64,000 nucleotides of DNA from Spartobacteria bacterium AMD-G4 (GTDB lineage Bacteria > Verrucomicrobiota > Verrucomicrobiia > Chthoniobacterales > Terrimicrobiaceae), in contig NEUK01000060.1 in assembly GCA_002290555.1 (NCBI GenBank), positions 2,225-66,224 of the forward strand, in the 5' to 3' direction. Positions 55,259-64,000 of this stretch are shown here, one piece after another. The position numbers and the translations under genes are program-made. Each line of letters begins with the position of its first letter. Position 1 is the stretch's first letter. The notes beneath the pieces were generated by a model, which had not been told where the DNA came from, did not search any database, and was given only the letters and a program-made list of their open reading frames with translations.

Positions 55259-58200
55259 GTGGAATTCATTCGGCTCCGCGGGGCCAGACAAAACAACCTT
55301 CAAGGGATTGATCTTGAGTTGCCTCTTGGCAAACTCATCGTGGTCACAGGCCCCAGCGGAAGCGGTAAGTCCAGTCTTGCCTTCGACACCATCTATGCCG
55401 AGGGACAAAGGCGCTATGTTGAGACATTCAGTCCATACACGCGCCAGTTCCTCGAGCGAATGGACAAACCACTTGCCGATAGCATTGAGGGCATTCCTCC
55501 CGCCATAGCCATCGAGCAGTCCAACAATGTCCGCACCACGCGGTCAACAGTTGGCACGATCACGGAAATCAATGACTACCTGAAGCTTCTCTTCCCGCGT
55601 GTTGCCAAGGGTTTTTGCCCAAAGTGCAAGGCGGAAGTCGTTCAGGGAACTCCCCATTCCATCCTGCGGCAAATCCTTGCCGACCACAGTGACAAAACGG
55701 TTTTCCTGACCTTCAGTGTCAAGGTTCCTGAAAAAACAGCGCCGAAGGAGTTTTTCGATTTCCTTGCTCAGCAAGGCTATCTGCGCATCTGGATCAAAGG
55801 CAAAATCCACCGCACCGACGAGGCACCCGAAATCCGGAAGCTTCCCGAGAGTGTTCTGGTTATTCAGGATCGCATCGATCTTGCAAACACTGCCCAAGCC
55901 CGCCTCTCCGAGGCTATCGAAGTCTCCCTCCGACTGGGGAATGATCGCTTGATGGTGATTGATTCGGAATCTGGAACACCCCACTCCCACACAGCGGGAT
56001 GGCATTGTTCCCACTGCGACATCGATATCCGGCCTCCATCTCCAGGCCTTTTTTCTTTCAATTCTCCGCTGGGGGCCTGCCCAGAGTGCAAGGGCTTCGG
56101 ACGCATCATCGGCATCGATATGCAGCGGGTCATTCCAGACCGCTCCCTTTCCATCTCAGACGGAGTCGTCCGCCCATTTCATAGTGGCCAATCCGCTGAA
56201 TGCCAAGACGATCTCATGCGCCATTGCAGAAAGCGTGGTATCGATACCGTCCGCTCTTTCGAACGGCTTTCCAAAGCGGACCAAGACTTTGTCATTCATG
56301 GTGATCCGAATGTTGATTCACGCCAAGCGTGGGACTCGGGTGATTGGTATGGAGTTGATGGATATTTTCAATGGCTCGAGAGCAAGACCTATAAAATGCA
56401 CGTCCGGGTGCTGCTCTCGCGCTACCGCAGTTACCAACCCTGCCCAAAGTGCCACGGTGGCCGATTCCAGCCCGATACGCTGAATTTTAAAATCCACCCG
56501 CCTGGCCTGACAATCGCAGATGTCGCTACAACTCCTCTCAAGCGCCTTGCACCGATTCTTGAATCCTTCGAGCTTCCCCCATCCGACTCCAGCGCACGCC
56601 TTGTTCACCAACAAGTCCTCTCCCGCGTCAACTATCTCTGCGAAATCGGATTAGGCTACCTGACTCTCGACCGTCCCACCCGCTCGCTTTCAGGTGGCGA
56701 AATCCAGCGCGTCAACCTCACCACCTGTCTCGGGGCATCTCTCGTCAATACCCTCTTCGTTCTCGATGAACCCAGCGTTGGCTTGCATCCACGCGACACC
56801 TCCCGCCTGATTGAGATCATGCGAGGCCTTCGTGACAAAGGCAACACCCTGCTGGTTGTGGAGCACGAAGAAGCAGTGATTCGCGCAGCGGATGAATTGG
56901 TCGATATTGGCCCGGGACGCGGCATTTCCGGCGGCCAGCTTCTTTACTGCGGCCCAGCCGAGAATTTTGCATCAGCTAAAAATTCACTCACAGCGGATTA
57001 CCTCCAAGGGAAAAAATCCATTCCCATCCCGAAAAATCGCCGCAAGGCCGAGGGCCATATCATTCTTAAAGGTGTCACGCACCACAATATCAAGAATCTC
57101 ACAGCCAAGTTCCCCCTGGGGGTCCTCTGTGCTGTAACGGGTGTTTCCGGATCTGGAAAAACCTCGCTCGTTCGTGATGTTCTTCACAGGCAACTTATTG
57201 GCGAGGATCCTGCCGAGGATGAGGCTGCGGGCTTTGTCAAATCGATCAGTGGTGACGAAGAAGTGGACGAGGTCGTCATGGTCGACCAGTCGCCCCTCGC
57301 CAAGACGCCACGATCAACCCCGGCCGTGTATCTTGGCGTTTACGAGCACATTCGAGACCTTTTTGCGGACACGCCAGCCGCAGAATCTGCCGGCTTCACC
57401 GCCTCCAGCTTTTCCTTCAATGCAGGAAACGGCCGTTGCGACCGCTGCAGCGGACTCGGATTCGAAAAAGTGGAAATGCAATTCCTCAGCGATCTCTTCC
57501 TGCGCTGCCCGGAATGTGATGGCACCCGCTTTCGCGCGCCTTTACTGAAAATCCAAGTCGGTGGAAAATCCATCCACGAGGTTCTGGAGATGACAGCCGC
57601 CGAGGCGATCACATTCTTCAAACCCCTTGACCCCAAGAAAAAAATCACGATTCCCTTGGAACTTCTCGGCGAGGTCGGCCTCGACTACCTGCGCCTCGGC
57701 CAGCCGGTCAACGCCCTCTCCGGAGGCGAATCCCAGCGCCTCAAGCTCGTCCACCACCTGATCCGCCAATCCCGCGAGAAGGCGCTCCTGATTTTCGACG
57801 AACCCACGACCGGCCTACACTTCGATGACGTGGCCCTTCTCATCAAGGTCTTCCACCGCCTCGTGGAGGAAGGCAACAGCGTCATCGTTATCGAGCACAA
57901 CCTCGAAGTCATCAAATGCGCGGACTGGGTCATCGACCTCGGTCCCGAAGGGGGAGATGAAGGGGGGAAAATCGTAGCTGCGGGGACTCCCGAAGACGTC
58001 GCAAGCGTTGCCGAATCTCTCACCGGTCAATTCCTCCAGCCGCTTCTGGCAGGACGCAGTGCTTTTTTACAGGAGCAACCCACCCGCCCGCGCCCGAAGA
58101 CTCCTCCATCCCGATTCATCACCGTGCGAGGCGCCCGCGAGCATAATTTAAAAAATATCGATGTGGATATCCCGAGGGACGGCATGGTCGTCGTCACAGG

Positions 58201-60742
58201 CTTGAGCGGCTCGGGCAAATCGACACTCGCCTTCGACATCCTCTTCGCCGAGGGCCAGCGCCGCTTCCTCGACAGCATGTCGGCCTACGCCCGCCAGTTC
58301 GTCGATCAACTGGAGAAGCCGGATGTGGACTCGATCGAAGGCCTGCCCCCAAGCGTGGCCATTGAGCAACGCGTTACGCGCGGTGGCGGAAAATCCACCG
58401 TCGCGACCGTCACCGAGATCTACCACTTTCTCCGCCTCCTCTTCTCGAAGCTCGGCACCCAATTCTGCCCCTCGTGCAATGTCGCCGTCGAAAACCGCAC
58501 GCCAACAGCCATCGCGGCTGAAGTCGACCAACGCGCCGCCAAGGGGCCGGTCAAAGTTTTCGCCAATCTCGTCAAGGGCCGTAAAGGCTTCCACACGGAT
58601 ATCGCCCGCGCAGCCGCCCGTCAGGGCATTACCACCCTCATCGTGGATGGCAGCGCGACTCCTGTGGAAGGCTTCCAAAAACTGGAGCGTTTCAAGGAAC
58701 ACACGATCGATGCCCTCGTTGGGGAACTGTCGGCCCCCGATGCAAAAAAATCCGACGAATTGGTCCGCAAAGCCCTCCGCATGGGTAAAGGCACCGCCCG
58801 TATGGAGGATGCAAAGGGCAAATCGACCATTCTCAGCACCGAGATGAATTGCCCGTCGTGCAGCCGCGCCTTTGAACCGCTCGACCCACGCCTTTTCTCC
58901 TTCAACTCTCCACACGGCTGGTGCAACCACTGCCGAGGCTTCGGAGAAGTCTGGAAGGGTCTCGGCGCGGAGGGGGATTTTGAGACCGCCATCGAAGCCG
59001 AACTCGATGAAGAGCGCCGCCACGAGGGCCTCGAGGATGATGAGCCCCGCCCCTGCCCGATCTGTAAAGGCACACGCCTCAACGAAACGGCCACTCATGT
59101 GCGGATTCAAAAGACATCCATCGCCGACTTCACCCGCTCGCCGGCGTCCGACGCCCTCTCGCTCTGCGACACGCTGAATTTCCAAGGCCCGGCCGCCGAG
59201 GTGGCCCGCGATGTGATCACCGAAATCCGCCAACGCCTGGAGTTCCTTGCCAAGGTCGGACTCGACTACCTTTCGCTCGACCGCAGCGCGAAGACCCTCT
59301 CCGGCGGGGAATCCCAGCGCATCCGCCTTGCCGCCCAGCTTGGCTCCAACCTGCGCGGTGTTCTTTATGTGCTGGACGAGCCGACCATCGGCCTCCATCC
59401 ACGCGACAACGAACGCCTCCTTGACGCCCTCCAGGCGCTGGCCAAAAAAGGAAACTCTCTCGTTATCGTCGAGCACGACGAGGAGACCATGCGTCGCGCC
59501 GACCGAATCCTCGACCTTGGTCCCGGCGCAGGCAGCCGTGGCGGCGAAGTCATCGCCTCCGGCACACTCCAGGAAATCCTGGACCATCCCACCTCGCTCA
59601 CCGGACGCGCACTCCGCGAGCCGATGAGGCACCCGATCCGCGGCGAGCGCCGCCCAACACCCACCGAGTGGCTCGAGCTCAAGGGCGCCCATCTTCACAA
59701 TATCAAAAACGAGAACGTGCGAATCCCCCTGCACCGTCTCAGCGTCCTCACAGGCGTCTCCGGTTCAGGAAAAAGCACCCTCATCCGGGGCATCGTCGTT
59801 CCAGCCGTTCGCGATGTCCTCACACGCAAACGCGCCCCTCTGCACTCGGACCTCCACAAGGGTATCGCCGGCTTTGAACCCCTCGGCGCCGTGCTTGAGG
59901 TGGACCAATCGCCCATCGGGAAAACTTCCCGCTCCACACCGGCAACCTACGTGAAGGTCTTCGACGAAATCCGCAAGGTTTTCTCCACCCTCCCCGCTGC
60001 CCGCATGCGCGGCTACACGGCAAGCCGGTTTTCCTTCAACAACGAGGGCGGACGCTGCGAAGCCTGCCTCGGCCAAGGCGTGATCAAGCTCGAGATGAAC
60101 TTCCTGCCGCCGTCCTACATGCCTTGCCAGGACTGCAATGGACGCCGCTACAACCCGGCCACGCTCGAGATCCTCTACAATGGAAAATCCATTGGCGATG
60201 TCATGGACATGACGATCGAACAGGCCACGGAATTCTTTGCCTCGCATCCGAAAATCCATCGCCCGCTCGCGCTTTTGCAGGAAACCGGACTCGGCTACCT
60301 CAAGCTCGGCCAACCCAGCCCCACACTGAGCGGCGGCGAAGCCCAACGCATCAAGCTCGTCACCCAACTCGCCCGCCGGGCCACACCCGGAGCCGAGGAA
60401 ATCCGCACCACCCGCAAGGGAAAATCCACCCTCTACGTCCTCGAGGAACCCACCATCGGCCTCCACGCCCACGACGTCGCCCAGCTCATCAATGTCCTCC
60501 ACCGCCTCGTCGATGAAGGCGGCACCGTCGTCGTCATCGAACACCACCTCGATGTCATCGCCGAAGCCGACCATGTCATCGATGTCGGCCCCGAAGCCGG
60601 TGCCAAAGGCGGAAAAATCATCGCCGAGGGAACCCCCGAAAAAGTCGCTCTTGTCAAAGGCAGCTGCACCGCCCCGTTCCTCCGAAAAATGCTCTGTATC
60701 GAGGAACCAAAAAAAGCCAAAACCCGCCCGAAAAAAGCTTAG
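55259..60742 (+). CDS. uvrA: Tandem UvrA-UvrA fusion protein (1827 aa, two complete UvrA-like units, four ABC ATPase modules)
   Basis: Unit 1 starts [53 protein letters not shown]. Unit 2 starts (~nt 58114) [53 protein letters not shown]. There are four Walker A sites ([36 protein letters not shown]), four LSGGE signature motifs, and CxxC zinc modules in both units. The reading frame is continuous through the linker ...[28 protein letters not shown].... Confidence 0.9.
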   Translation: MEFIRLRGARQNNLQGIDLELPLGKLIVVTGPSGSGKSSLAFDTIYAEGQRRYVETFSPYTRQFLERMDKPLADSIEGIPPAIAIEQSNNVRTTRSTVGTITEINDYLKLLFPRVAKGFCPKCKAEVVQGTPHSILRQILADHSDKTVFLTFSVKVPEKTAPKEFFDFLAQQGYLRIWIKGKIHRTDEAPEIRKLPESVLVIQDRIDLANTAQARLSEAIEVSLRLGNDRLMVIDSESGTPHSHTAGWHCSHCDIDIRPPSPGLFSFNSPLGACPECKGFGRIIGIDMQRVIPDRSLSISDGVVRPFHSGQSAECQDDLMRHCRKRGIDTVRSFERLSKADQDFVIHGDPNVDSRQAWDSGDWYGVDGYFQWLESKTYKMHVRVLLSRYRSYQPCPKCHGGRFQPDTLNFKIHPPGLTIADVATTPLKRLAPILESFELPPSDSSARLVHQQVLSRVNYLCEIGLGYLTLDRPTRSLSGGEIQRVNLTTCLGASLVNTLFVLDEPSVGLHPRDTSRLIEIMRGLRDKGNTLLVVEHEEAVIRAADELVDIGPGRGISGGQLLYCGPAENFASAKNSLTADYLQGKKSIPIPKNRRKAEGHIILKGVTHHNIKNLTAKFPLGVLCAVTGVSGSGKTSLVRDVLHRQLIGEDPAEDEAAGFVKSISGDEEVDEVVMVDQSPLAKTPRSTPAVYLGVYEHIRDLFADTPAAESAGFTASSFSFNAGNGRCDRCSGLGFEKVEMQFLSDLFLRCPECDGTRFRAPLLKIQVGGKSIHEVLEMTAAEAITFFKPLDPKKKITIPLELLGEVGLDYLRLGQPVNALSGGESQRLKLVHHLIRQSREKALLIFDEPTTGLHFDDVALLIKVFHRLVEEGNSVIVIEHNLEVIKCADWVIDLGPEGGDEGGKIVAAGTPEDVASVAESLTGQFLQPLLAGRSAFLQEQPTRPRPKTPPSRFITVRGAREHNLKNIDVDIPRDGMVVVTGLSGSGKSTLAFDILFAEGQRRFLDSMSAYARQFVDQLEKPDVDSIEGLPPSVAIEQRVTRGGGKSTVATVTEIYHFLRLLFSKLGTQFCPSCNVAVENRTPTAIAAEVDQRAAKGPVKVFANLVKGRKGFHTDIARAAARQGITTLIVDGSATPVEGFQKLERFKEHTIDALVGELSAPDAKKSDELVRKALRMGKGTARMEDAKGKSTILSTEMNCPSCSRAFEPLDPRLFSFNSPHGWCNHCRGFGEVWKGLGAEGDFETAIEAELDEERRHEGLEDDEPRPCPICKGTRLNETATHVRIQKTSIADFTRSPASDALSLCDTLNFQGPAAEVARDVITEIRQRLEFLAKVGLDYLSLDRSAKTLSGGESQRIRLAAQLGSNLRGVLYVLDEPTIGLHPRDNERLLDALQALAKKGNSLVIVEHDEETMRRADRILDLGPGAGSRGGEVIASGTLQEILDHPTSLTGRALREPMRHPIRGERRPTPTEWLELKGAHLHNIKNENVRIPLHRLSVLTGVSGSGKSTLIRGIVVPAVRDVLTRKRAPLHSDLHKGIAGFEPLGAVLEVDQSPIGKTSRSTPATYVKVFDEIRKVFSTLPAARMRGYTASRFSFNNEGGRCEACLGQGVIKLEMNFLPPSYMPCQDCNGRRYNPATLEILYNGKSIGDVMDMTIEQATEFFASHPKIHRPLALLQETGLGYLKLGQPSPTLSGGEAQRIKLVTQLARRATPGAEEIRTTRKGKSTLYVLEEPTIGLHAHDVAQLINVLHRLVDEGGTVVVIEHHLDVIAEADHVIDVGPEAGAKGGKIIAEGTPEKVALVKGSCTAPFLRKMLCIEEPKKAKTRPKKA

Positions 60743-60868
60743 GCGCATTCAAGCACAACGGCGAACGAGGTTTGCCCTGCAAGAAATTTGAAACAAAGCT
60801 CCTGATTTTACAGCGCCACTTCAAAAGGTGGGTTGACAGGGAAAAATTGTTCAACTTATTTGTTTAAC

Positions 60869-61102
60869 ATGCTCTCCATCACCTCAAGGGATCTTGTCCA
60901 TCGTTCCAAGGAAATTCGCAAGCTGCTTGCCAGCGGGCAGACCCTTCGTTGGACATCACATGGCTCCCCTGTGGCTTTCATTCAACCTTTAACAGATAGC
61001 ATCCCATCCAAACCGGACTGGATTGCACGAGCCCGCGCATCCGGCGCGGTCAATACCAGCCAAACTTCTCTGGCAAAGGCTCTTTACGACGAACGGGGCT
61101 AA
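60869..61102 (+). CDS. vapB: Type II antitoxin (Phd/YefM- or VapB-like)
   Basis: From the ATG at 60869: MLSITSRDLVHRSKEIRKLLASGQTLRWTSHGSPVAFIQPL. It is a small 77-aa protein directly upstream (10-nt gap) of a PIN-domain gene. Confidence 0.7.
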   Translation: MLSITSRDLVHRSKEIRKLLASGQTLRWTSHGSPVAFIQPLTDSIPSKPDWIARARASGAVNTSQTSLAKALYDERG

Positions 61103-61112
61103 ACATTTTCCG

Positions 61113-61562
61113 ATGGCCAAGGTTTATTTTGACACTGGGGCGCTCATCAAACTGTATATTTGCGAACCTGGCAGCCTTTTTGTGCAAAATCATGCAAATG
61201 AAGCTGCTTCGATTCCTTTAAATCCACTTCAGGAAACCGAACTTCGAAACGCCATCCATGCGGCGATTGGCCGGAAGACCATCACGCTTGACGCCGGAAA
61301 GTTGGCACTCGAAGCTGTGAACACTGATATTCGCGACGGAGTCCTTGCCATTGAAGTGCTGGATTGGAAGCTCGTCTGGCAGCGCAGCGCGCATCTCGCC
61401 CATCTGCACACTCAGAAACTTCTTTGTCGCACTCTCGATATCCTCCATGTCGCCGCAGCCGAATCGTGCTGTGCCGACCTGCTTGTGACTGGTGAGAAGC
61501 GCCAGTTCCAACTTGGCAAAGCCGTGGGACTGCCAACTCTCCTCGTTCCCGATACCATTTAG
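61113..61562 (+). CDS. vapC: PIN-domain toxin (VapC family)
   Basis: From the ATG at 61113: MAKVYFDTGALIKLY...LQETELRNA...RTLDILHVAAA...LLVTGEKRQ. The acidic residues are spaced as in VapC-type PIN domains, with Glu where the last Asp is usual. Confidence 0.8.
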   Translation: MAKVYFDTGALIKLYICEPGSLFVQNHANEAASIPLNPLQETELRNAIHAAIGRKTITLDAGKLALEAVNTDIRDGVLAIEVLDWKLVWQRSAHLAHLHTQKLLCRTLDILHVAAAESCCADLLVTGEKRQFQLGKAVGLPTLLVPDTI

Positions 61563-61600
61563 CCGTCCGGGAATCGTTGGTGCTGTTTAGTCTGTGGGGA

Positions 61601-62479
61601 TCAGTCCGGCACGATTTCCGTGCCGATGCCCGCGTTGGTGAAAATCTCGAGGATCAAGCAATGTTGGATGTGCCCGCCGATCATGTGGATTTTTCCAACG
61701 CCGCGTTCCATAGCGGAAATGGCCGAAAGAACCTTCGGAATCATGCCGCCAGCGATGATTTTTTGCTGAATGAGGCTCTTCACCTGCTTGGTGGTGACGC
61801 TGGGAATGAGGGATTCGAGGTCTGCGGCGTCGCGCATGATGCCCGGAACATCGGTGACATAGATGAGCTTGGTGGCCTTGAGTTCCGCCGCGAGGGCCGC
61901 CGCTGCGATGTCGGCATTGATGTTTAAGACAACGCCCTCTGGCGTGGCTCCGATGGGGCTGATGACGGGGACGATTTCCGCATGCACCGCCTCCTGCACG
62001 GCTCCGGCATTCACTTCCTGGGCCTCCCCGACGAAACCGATCTCGATGGTCTCCCCATCGATGACGGCCTGCTTCTGAAGCTGGCGCGCGATGAAAACAT
62101 TTTTCCCGGAAAAGCCCTGTGCACAGCCACCGAATTCATTGATGGTCGAAACAATGGAGGGGTTGATTTCCTGGTCGAGTGTCTCCTCCACAATCTTGAT
62201 CGCCGTGGCATTTGTGGCCCTGAGACCCTCGATGAAGCGGGCCTGAAGGCCGGCGTCTTTCATGCGGGCGGTGATCGCCTTGCCCCCGCCGTGAACGAGG
62301 ACGGGATTGATGCCGGCCGCTTCAAGAAAAACAACATCACGCAGGAATTTGTCGACGATCTGCTCATCCTCCATCGCGGACCCACCGTATTTGATGACGA
62401 AGGTCTGGCCGCGATATTTTTGAAGGTAGGGAAGCGCCTCGATCAGGCATTCGGAGCGAACTTCGGGTGTGGTGAGCAT
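61601..62479 (-). CDS. argB: Acetylglutamate kinase
   Basis: LPYLQKYRGQTFVIKYGGSAMEDEQ...PVLVHGGGKAI...GFVGEAQEVN...VISPIG...NINADIAAAALAAELKATKLIYVTDVPG. Confidence 0.95.
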   Translation of the reverse strand: MLTTPEVRSECLIEALPYLQKYRGQTFVIKYGGSAMEDEQIVDKFLRDVVFLEAAGINPVLVHGGGKAITARMKDAGLQARFIEGLRATNATAIKIVEETLDQEINPSIVSTINEFGGCAQGFSGKNVFIARQLQKQAVIDGETIEIGFVGEAQEVNAGAVQEAVHAEIVPVISPIGATPEGVVLNINADIAAAALAAELKATKLIYVTDVPGIMRDAADLESLIPSVTTKQVKSLIQQKIIAGGMIPKVLSAISAMERGVGKIHMIGGHIQHCLILEIFTNAGIGTEIVPD

Positions 62480-62483
62480 GGGT

Positions 62484-63671
62484 TTATTCGCCGAGGTTCA
62501 GACGCACATATTCTTCGGTGAGGTCAGTGGTCCAGACATAGTAGGAGCCATTCCCGAGCTTGAGATCGACGGTCACCTTGAAGGATTTTTTCGCTGCGAC
62601 GGCACGGAGTTTTTCAAAGGGTGTCTTCGCGGCAATGCCGTTTTTCACCGAGGCGAGCTTGTCGTAGAAAATATCGGCCTTCGTGTCATCGACCTTTACG
62701 CCGCAATATCCAACGGCGTCGAGGATTCGGCCCCAATTCGGATCGCCGCCGGCCCAGGCACACTTCACAAGCGTGGAATTCGCGATGGCCTCGGCGGCTG
62801 TGCGGGCCTCCTTGTCGTTGGCCGCTCCGGTGACCTCGACTTCGACAAAACGCGAAACCCCCTCGCCGTCGCTCACGATCATTCGCGCCAGGGCGCGCGT
62901 GACTTCATCCAGCGCCTGGGAAAAAGCGGAGATGTCCGGAGTGCAGGCGCTGAGGCCATTGGCGAGGAGAATGACCGTATCGTTCGTGCTCATGTCGCCA
63001 TCGATCGTGATGCGGTTGAAGGAGTTTGCGACCGAACGCTTCAGCTCGGCACGTAGAGCTGGCTGGGGGATGATGGCATCCGTTGTCACCACGCACAGCA
63101 TGGTGGCCATGTTCGGATCGATCATTCCAGCTCCTTTGGCGATGCCTCCCACGCGGAACGAGCCCTTGGGAGTTTTCACCTCAACCGCATATTCCTTGGC
63201 GAAGGTATCGCTGGTCATGATGGCCGCGGCACACGCAGCGCTGCCATTCCGCGAGGGCTTCAGCGCCGCGATGCCTTTGGCGACGCGGTCCATCGGCATG
63301 GGAACCCCGATTCGACCAGTTGAGCAAACGAGGACCTCCTTTGGTTTCAATCCCAGAAGATCCGCCGTGCCCGCGCACATGGTGCGGGCGTCTTTGAGAC
63401 CATTTTCACCGGTGCAGGCGTTGGCATTGCCACTGTTGAGAATCACAGCGCGGTTTGCGCCGGCCTTGAGATGCTCGGACGAAATGCGAACCGGCGCGGC
63501 TTTGACCTTGTTGGTGGTGAAGGTCGCCGCAGAGGTGGCTGGGGATTCCGAGAAAACCACGGCCACATCGTCACGCATCACCTTGCCATTTTTGATTCCA
63601 CAACCAGAAGCCCCGGCAACAAAGCCCCGTGCGGCGCAGACGCCGCCTTTCATTTTTTTGATTTCGATCAT
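62484..63671 (-). CDS. argJ: Bifunctional ornithine acetyltransferase / N-acetylglutamate synthase
   Basis: GGVCAARGFVAGASGCGIK...NSGNANACTG...GGIAKGAGMIDPNMATMLCVVTTDA...DGDMSTNDT...WTTDLTEEYVRLN. Confidence 0.95.
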   Translation of the reverse strand: MIEIKKMKGGVCAARGFVAGASGCGIKNGKVMRDDVAVVFSESPATSAATFTTNKVKAAPVRISSEHLKAGANRAVILNSGNANACTGENGLKDARTMCAGTADLLGLKPKEVLVCSTGRIGVPMPMDRVAKGIAALKPSRNGSAACAAAIMTSDTFAKEYAVEVKTPKGSFRVGGIAKGAGMIDPNMATMLCVVTTDAIIPQPALRAELKRSVANSFNRITIDGDMSTNDTVILLANGLSACTPDISAFSQALDEVTRALARMIVSDGEGVSRFVEVEVTGAANDKEARTAAEAIANSTLVKCAWAGGDPNWGRILDAVGYCGVKVDDTKADIFYDKLASVKNGIAAKTPFEKLRAVAAKKSFKVTVDLKLGNGSYYVWTTDLTEEYVRLNLGE

Positions 63672-64000
63672 AGCAGTCCAGCCGTCTCATCGAGACCGGC
63701 CATGAGGTTGAAGTTCTGCACCGCCTGACCTGCGGCGCCTTTTACCAGATTATCCTCCGCAGAAAGCAGGATCAGCCTGCCCGTGCGAGCATCAAACCTT
63801 GCGGAAATGTCACAGAAATTTGTGCCTGTCACATGCTTCGTGTCGGGGAGATTCGTAGAGACACGAACAAACGGCTCGTTCGCATAGGCCATCTGAAGCG
63901 CGGGCAGAATGCTTTCCGGAGAAACCCCGGCCGCGAGTCGTGTGAAGATCGTCGTGTGGATTCCACGCGTCATGGGCGCCAGGTGCGGAGTGAAAGAGAT
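63668..64000 (-). CDS. argC: N-acetyl-gamma-glutamyl-phosphate reductase, C-terminal part (gene runs off the right edge)
   Basis: C-terminal sequence ...GIHTTIFTRLAAGVSPESILPALQMAYANEPFVRV...VTGTNFCDISARFDARTGRLILLSAEDNLVKGAAGQAVQNFNLMAGLDETAGL. Its stop overlaps the argJ start (ATGA). Confidence 0.9.
   Translation of the reverse strand: MSFTPHLAPMTRGIHTTIFTRLAAGVSPESILPALQMAYANEPFVRVSTNLPDTKHVTGTNFCDISARFDARTGRLILLSAEDNLVKGAAGQAVQNFNLMAGLDETAGLL

Noticed and set aside
58148-60748. 528-aa and 327-aa minus-strand ORFs
   Set aside because: Both are antisense to the UvrA fusion gene. Their Gly/Ala/Asp/Arg-rich products are typical shadow frames.
62683-63705. 340-aa + strand ORF
   Set aside because: It is antisense to argJ (ATMLCVVTTDA autoprocessing site and other conserved blocks on the minus strand).

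Overview
Dense, mostly housekeeping chromosomal window. The protein style (low-complexity Ala/Pro/Thr tails, extended ribosomal proteins) suggests a PVC-group or Verrucomicrobiota-like bacterium, but that is inference only; nothing was searched. No rRNA, tRNA, CRISPR array, transposase or integrase was recognised. Gene content, left to right:
- ileS (partial, minus strand; not in the ORF track because it runs off the edge).
- A secreted FecR-like protein with Ala-rich repeats, an RRM protein with an Arg/Ser/Glu-rich N-terminus, miaA and rlpA.
- A minus-strand envelope/export block (6.2-13.8 kb): O-antigen-ligase/TPR fusion, Ala-rich repeat protein, outer-membrane beta-barrel, Wzc-like BY-kinase, Wza-like exporter and a NusG/RfaH-like paralog.
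- An M29 aminopeptidase, fcl, two oxidoreductase/epimerase genes, a hypothetical gene overlapping a split ChrA pair, a transglutaminase-TPR protein and vanZ.
- A 13-kb minus-strand ribosomal protein cluster (rplD to rpsD, including secY, map, infA and a manually found rpmJ).
- An SH3 lipoprotein, a nucleotidyltransferase, a GNAT acetyltransferase, mutL, an IscA-like gene, a membrane protein and a MidA-like methyltransferase.
- An RND pump with its adaptor, lgt, a hydrolase and hpf.
- A translationally coupled scpA-scpB-pheA-trpC chain, an HU/IHF-like gene, a 1827-aa tandem UvrA-UvrA fusion, a VapBC module and argB-argJ-argC (argC partial).

Most interesting observations:
1. A signal-peptide coiled-coil protein gene sits tightly between rpsS and rplV inside the S10 operon.
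2. A single polypeptide carries two complete UvrA units, giving four ABC ATPase modules.
3. Two secreted proteins share a 15-residue Ala-rich repeat of no family I recognise, and one of them lies inside the export locus.
4. The ribosomal supercluster is trimmed: no rpsJ-rplC, rpsN, rpmD, adk or rpoA-rplQ. An unexplained ~700-bp structured non-coding gap lies where rpoA would normally follow.
5. S11 carries an ~90-aa low-complexity N-terminal extension.

Several long ORFs in the track are antisense shadows of real genes and were rejected.
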